Assembly (NCBI RefSeq): GCF_006345805.1
Contig: NC_042998.1
Span: forward strand, 42,780,001 to 42,844,000
Reading direction: 5' to 3'
From: Octopus sinensis
Lineage: Eukaryota
Length of the DNA stretch: 64,000 nt
Below, piece by piece: positions 62,200-64,000 of this stretch (its first letter is position 1; each line of letters starts with the position of its first letter). The notes beneath the pieces are model-generated. The model was not told where the DNA came from, searched no databases, and saw only the letters and a program-made list of their open reading frames with translations. The position numbers and the translations under genes were made by a program.

Positions 62200-63200
62200 C
62201 CCCATGTGGTAGTATGTACATCATATCCATCTTTGCCTCAAATCACAATGTTAAGTTTGAGGAGGGCCTTATATTGAGAAAAGAAATGTTTAACAAAATC
62301 ATATCAGCATATCAACTTCAACTTCTCAAACATCAAATTACCCAAAAGAATATCATGTGATGAAAAAAATCAGTATCTCACTAAAATGATGTTCATGGAA
62401 CAAATAATACTGATTATTTGATTAACCTGATTATGATTAACACCATCATGGAACTCTGCTTCACTAATAACCTAGAATTCATCTACATATGGAGGTAAGA
62501 CAATTTTGTCAGACCATAATATAAAAAAAACTCAAAGCTAATCAAAGATTTAAGCCACAGAAGAAGGAACTAATTCCTCTCCAGCCAGAACTACTACAAA
62601 GCTGTTTGGAAATCAGTTTAAAAAAAGAAGGTGAAACAAAATTAGCCAAAAAGTATTCCTGTAGAAGACAATAACATGAAATTTTCCCAAGAGACAGGAA
62701 AGCTGTTATGAGACAAAGAATAAAGATTTCAAATTGCTTAAATATACAATTTAATGAGAGCAAGAAGTCCTACTTAAAAATAGTATTTTCAGAAAAGAAA
62801 ACAAACTCAGATTCTACAATGAAAAGGAGAGGGAAGAAAAGGGAACTGGAACAGTTGAAAATATAAAAATAAAACCTACAGCCATTTACAAAATTATGAA
62901 AAAAATTCATCTCAGTTTGAAGAACATGGTTCACTGATTGCAAACTGACAAAGGATAAATGAAATACTAAATAAGCAATTCCATAGAGTTTCAACTTCCC
63001 TACTGGGAAATATGCAAATATATAAGCCTAATGACTTCTTCAACACTGCAATTTTACACAAGGAAAAGGCAGCTATTGATCATTGGTAGAGGATGTAGTA
63101 TCAGCCATTGATAAGACAAACTTGAGCTCAGCAAAGAACCCTAGTGGTTTTCCAATGAATCTTTTAAAAACATGCAAGAAAGCTCTGGCAAAAACTACTG
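62200..63200 (+). mobile_element. Old CR1-like LINE remnant
   Basis: GGAACTCTGCTTCACTAATAAC...TCAGACCATAAT parallels the endonuclease region at 27640-27720. Confidence 0.5.
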
Positions 63201-63529
63201 CACACACACACACACACTACAGGCTGGCAGACATGTGTACATACATACATTCATAAGGCCTCTTTCAGTTTCTGTCTATTTAATCCATTCTTTAGTTGGT
63301 GTAGGTCTATAGTAGAAGAGACTTGGCAATGGTGGTGTGTAGAGGAACTGAACCCCAAAACACATGATTTGAGAGTGAAGTTTGTAACTACAGCCATAAG
63401 CCTACATCTAAACATATTATATACATATATGAATGTATGTATAGCTACACACATACACACACACACATGGTTCACTGACAAACTGACAAAGGATAAATGA
63501 AATACTAAATTCTTGTTTATTGAAGTCTT

Positions 63530-63960
63530 CTAAGCCATAACAGAGATTTTAAGACTGGTTATCTATGGGAACACCTGTATGCTGATGGTCTTATTCTTAT
63601 AGCTAAATCTGTGGACAATTTGGAGAAATTCCAAATATAGAAGCAAAATATAGAATTGAAAGGTCTTAATAGAAACTTTGTTAAAACTAAACTTATGCTA
63701 ATAAGAAAAGAAGGCAGGACTCTGTTGCCTTCAGGGAAATGGCTATACTCAGTGTGCAGAAAAGAAATAGGTAGAAACTCTAAACAGAGCATCCAGTATA
63801 AACCTGAGTACATAAGAAGTGTAGTGAGAGCACAGACAGGTTAACATTAAAGGTAACCCTTGGCAGATGATCAGGAGTATGAATCATGAAGAGCACCTGG
63901 GATATAGATTCTCTTAATTACTTGGAAGTTTTCCTGTTACAAAACTGACCTAATTAATGT
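63530..63960 (+). mobile_element. RTE RT remnant
   Basis: LYADGLILIAKS...IELKGLN...KTKLM (YADD motif decayed). Confidence 0.75.
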
Positions 63961-64000
63961 GGGAAGCTGCACTTAAAGAATCACAGCCTGAGTAAGAACA

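Overview
AT-rich, microsatellite- and transposon-dense animal genomic DNA, not prokaryotic: no operons, rRNA or CRISPR. The SINE/RTE/Penelope repeat families look like those of Octopus; this is inferred from recall, not searched. The only long intact ORF is a single-exon 459-aa gene on the minus strand (6932-8311). It has an acidic, Phe-rich N-terminal region, a DSAFS degron-like motif and three LxxLL-like helices, and is preceded by an in-frame 5-codon uORF ending in UGA-CUA. Scattered short exon candidates (best: 29285-29359, 57255-57297, 57576-57666) suggest an unidentified large-intron plus-strand gene. The rest is decayed mariner/Tc1, hAT, piggyBac-like, Helentron-like, RTE, CR1-like, R4-like and Penelope-like elements plus tRNA-derived SINEs. 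The most unusual structural signal is a set of minimal type I hammerhead ribozyme motifs of several unrelated sequences. Most sit in probable Penelope-type fragments next to (TA)n tracts and several are in inverted configurations, including a perfect spacer-less 154-bp palindrome carrying a hammerhead on each strand (20568-20721). Repeat boundaries are approximate unless a TIR or TSD is cited.
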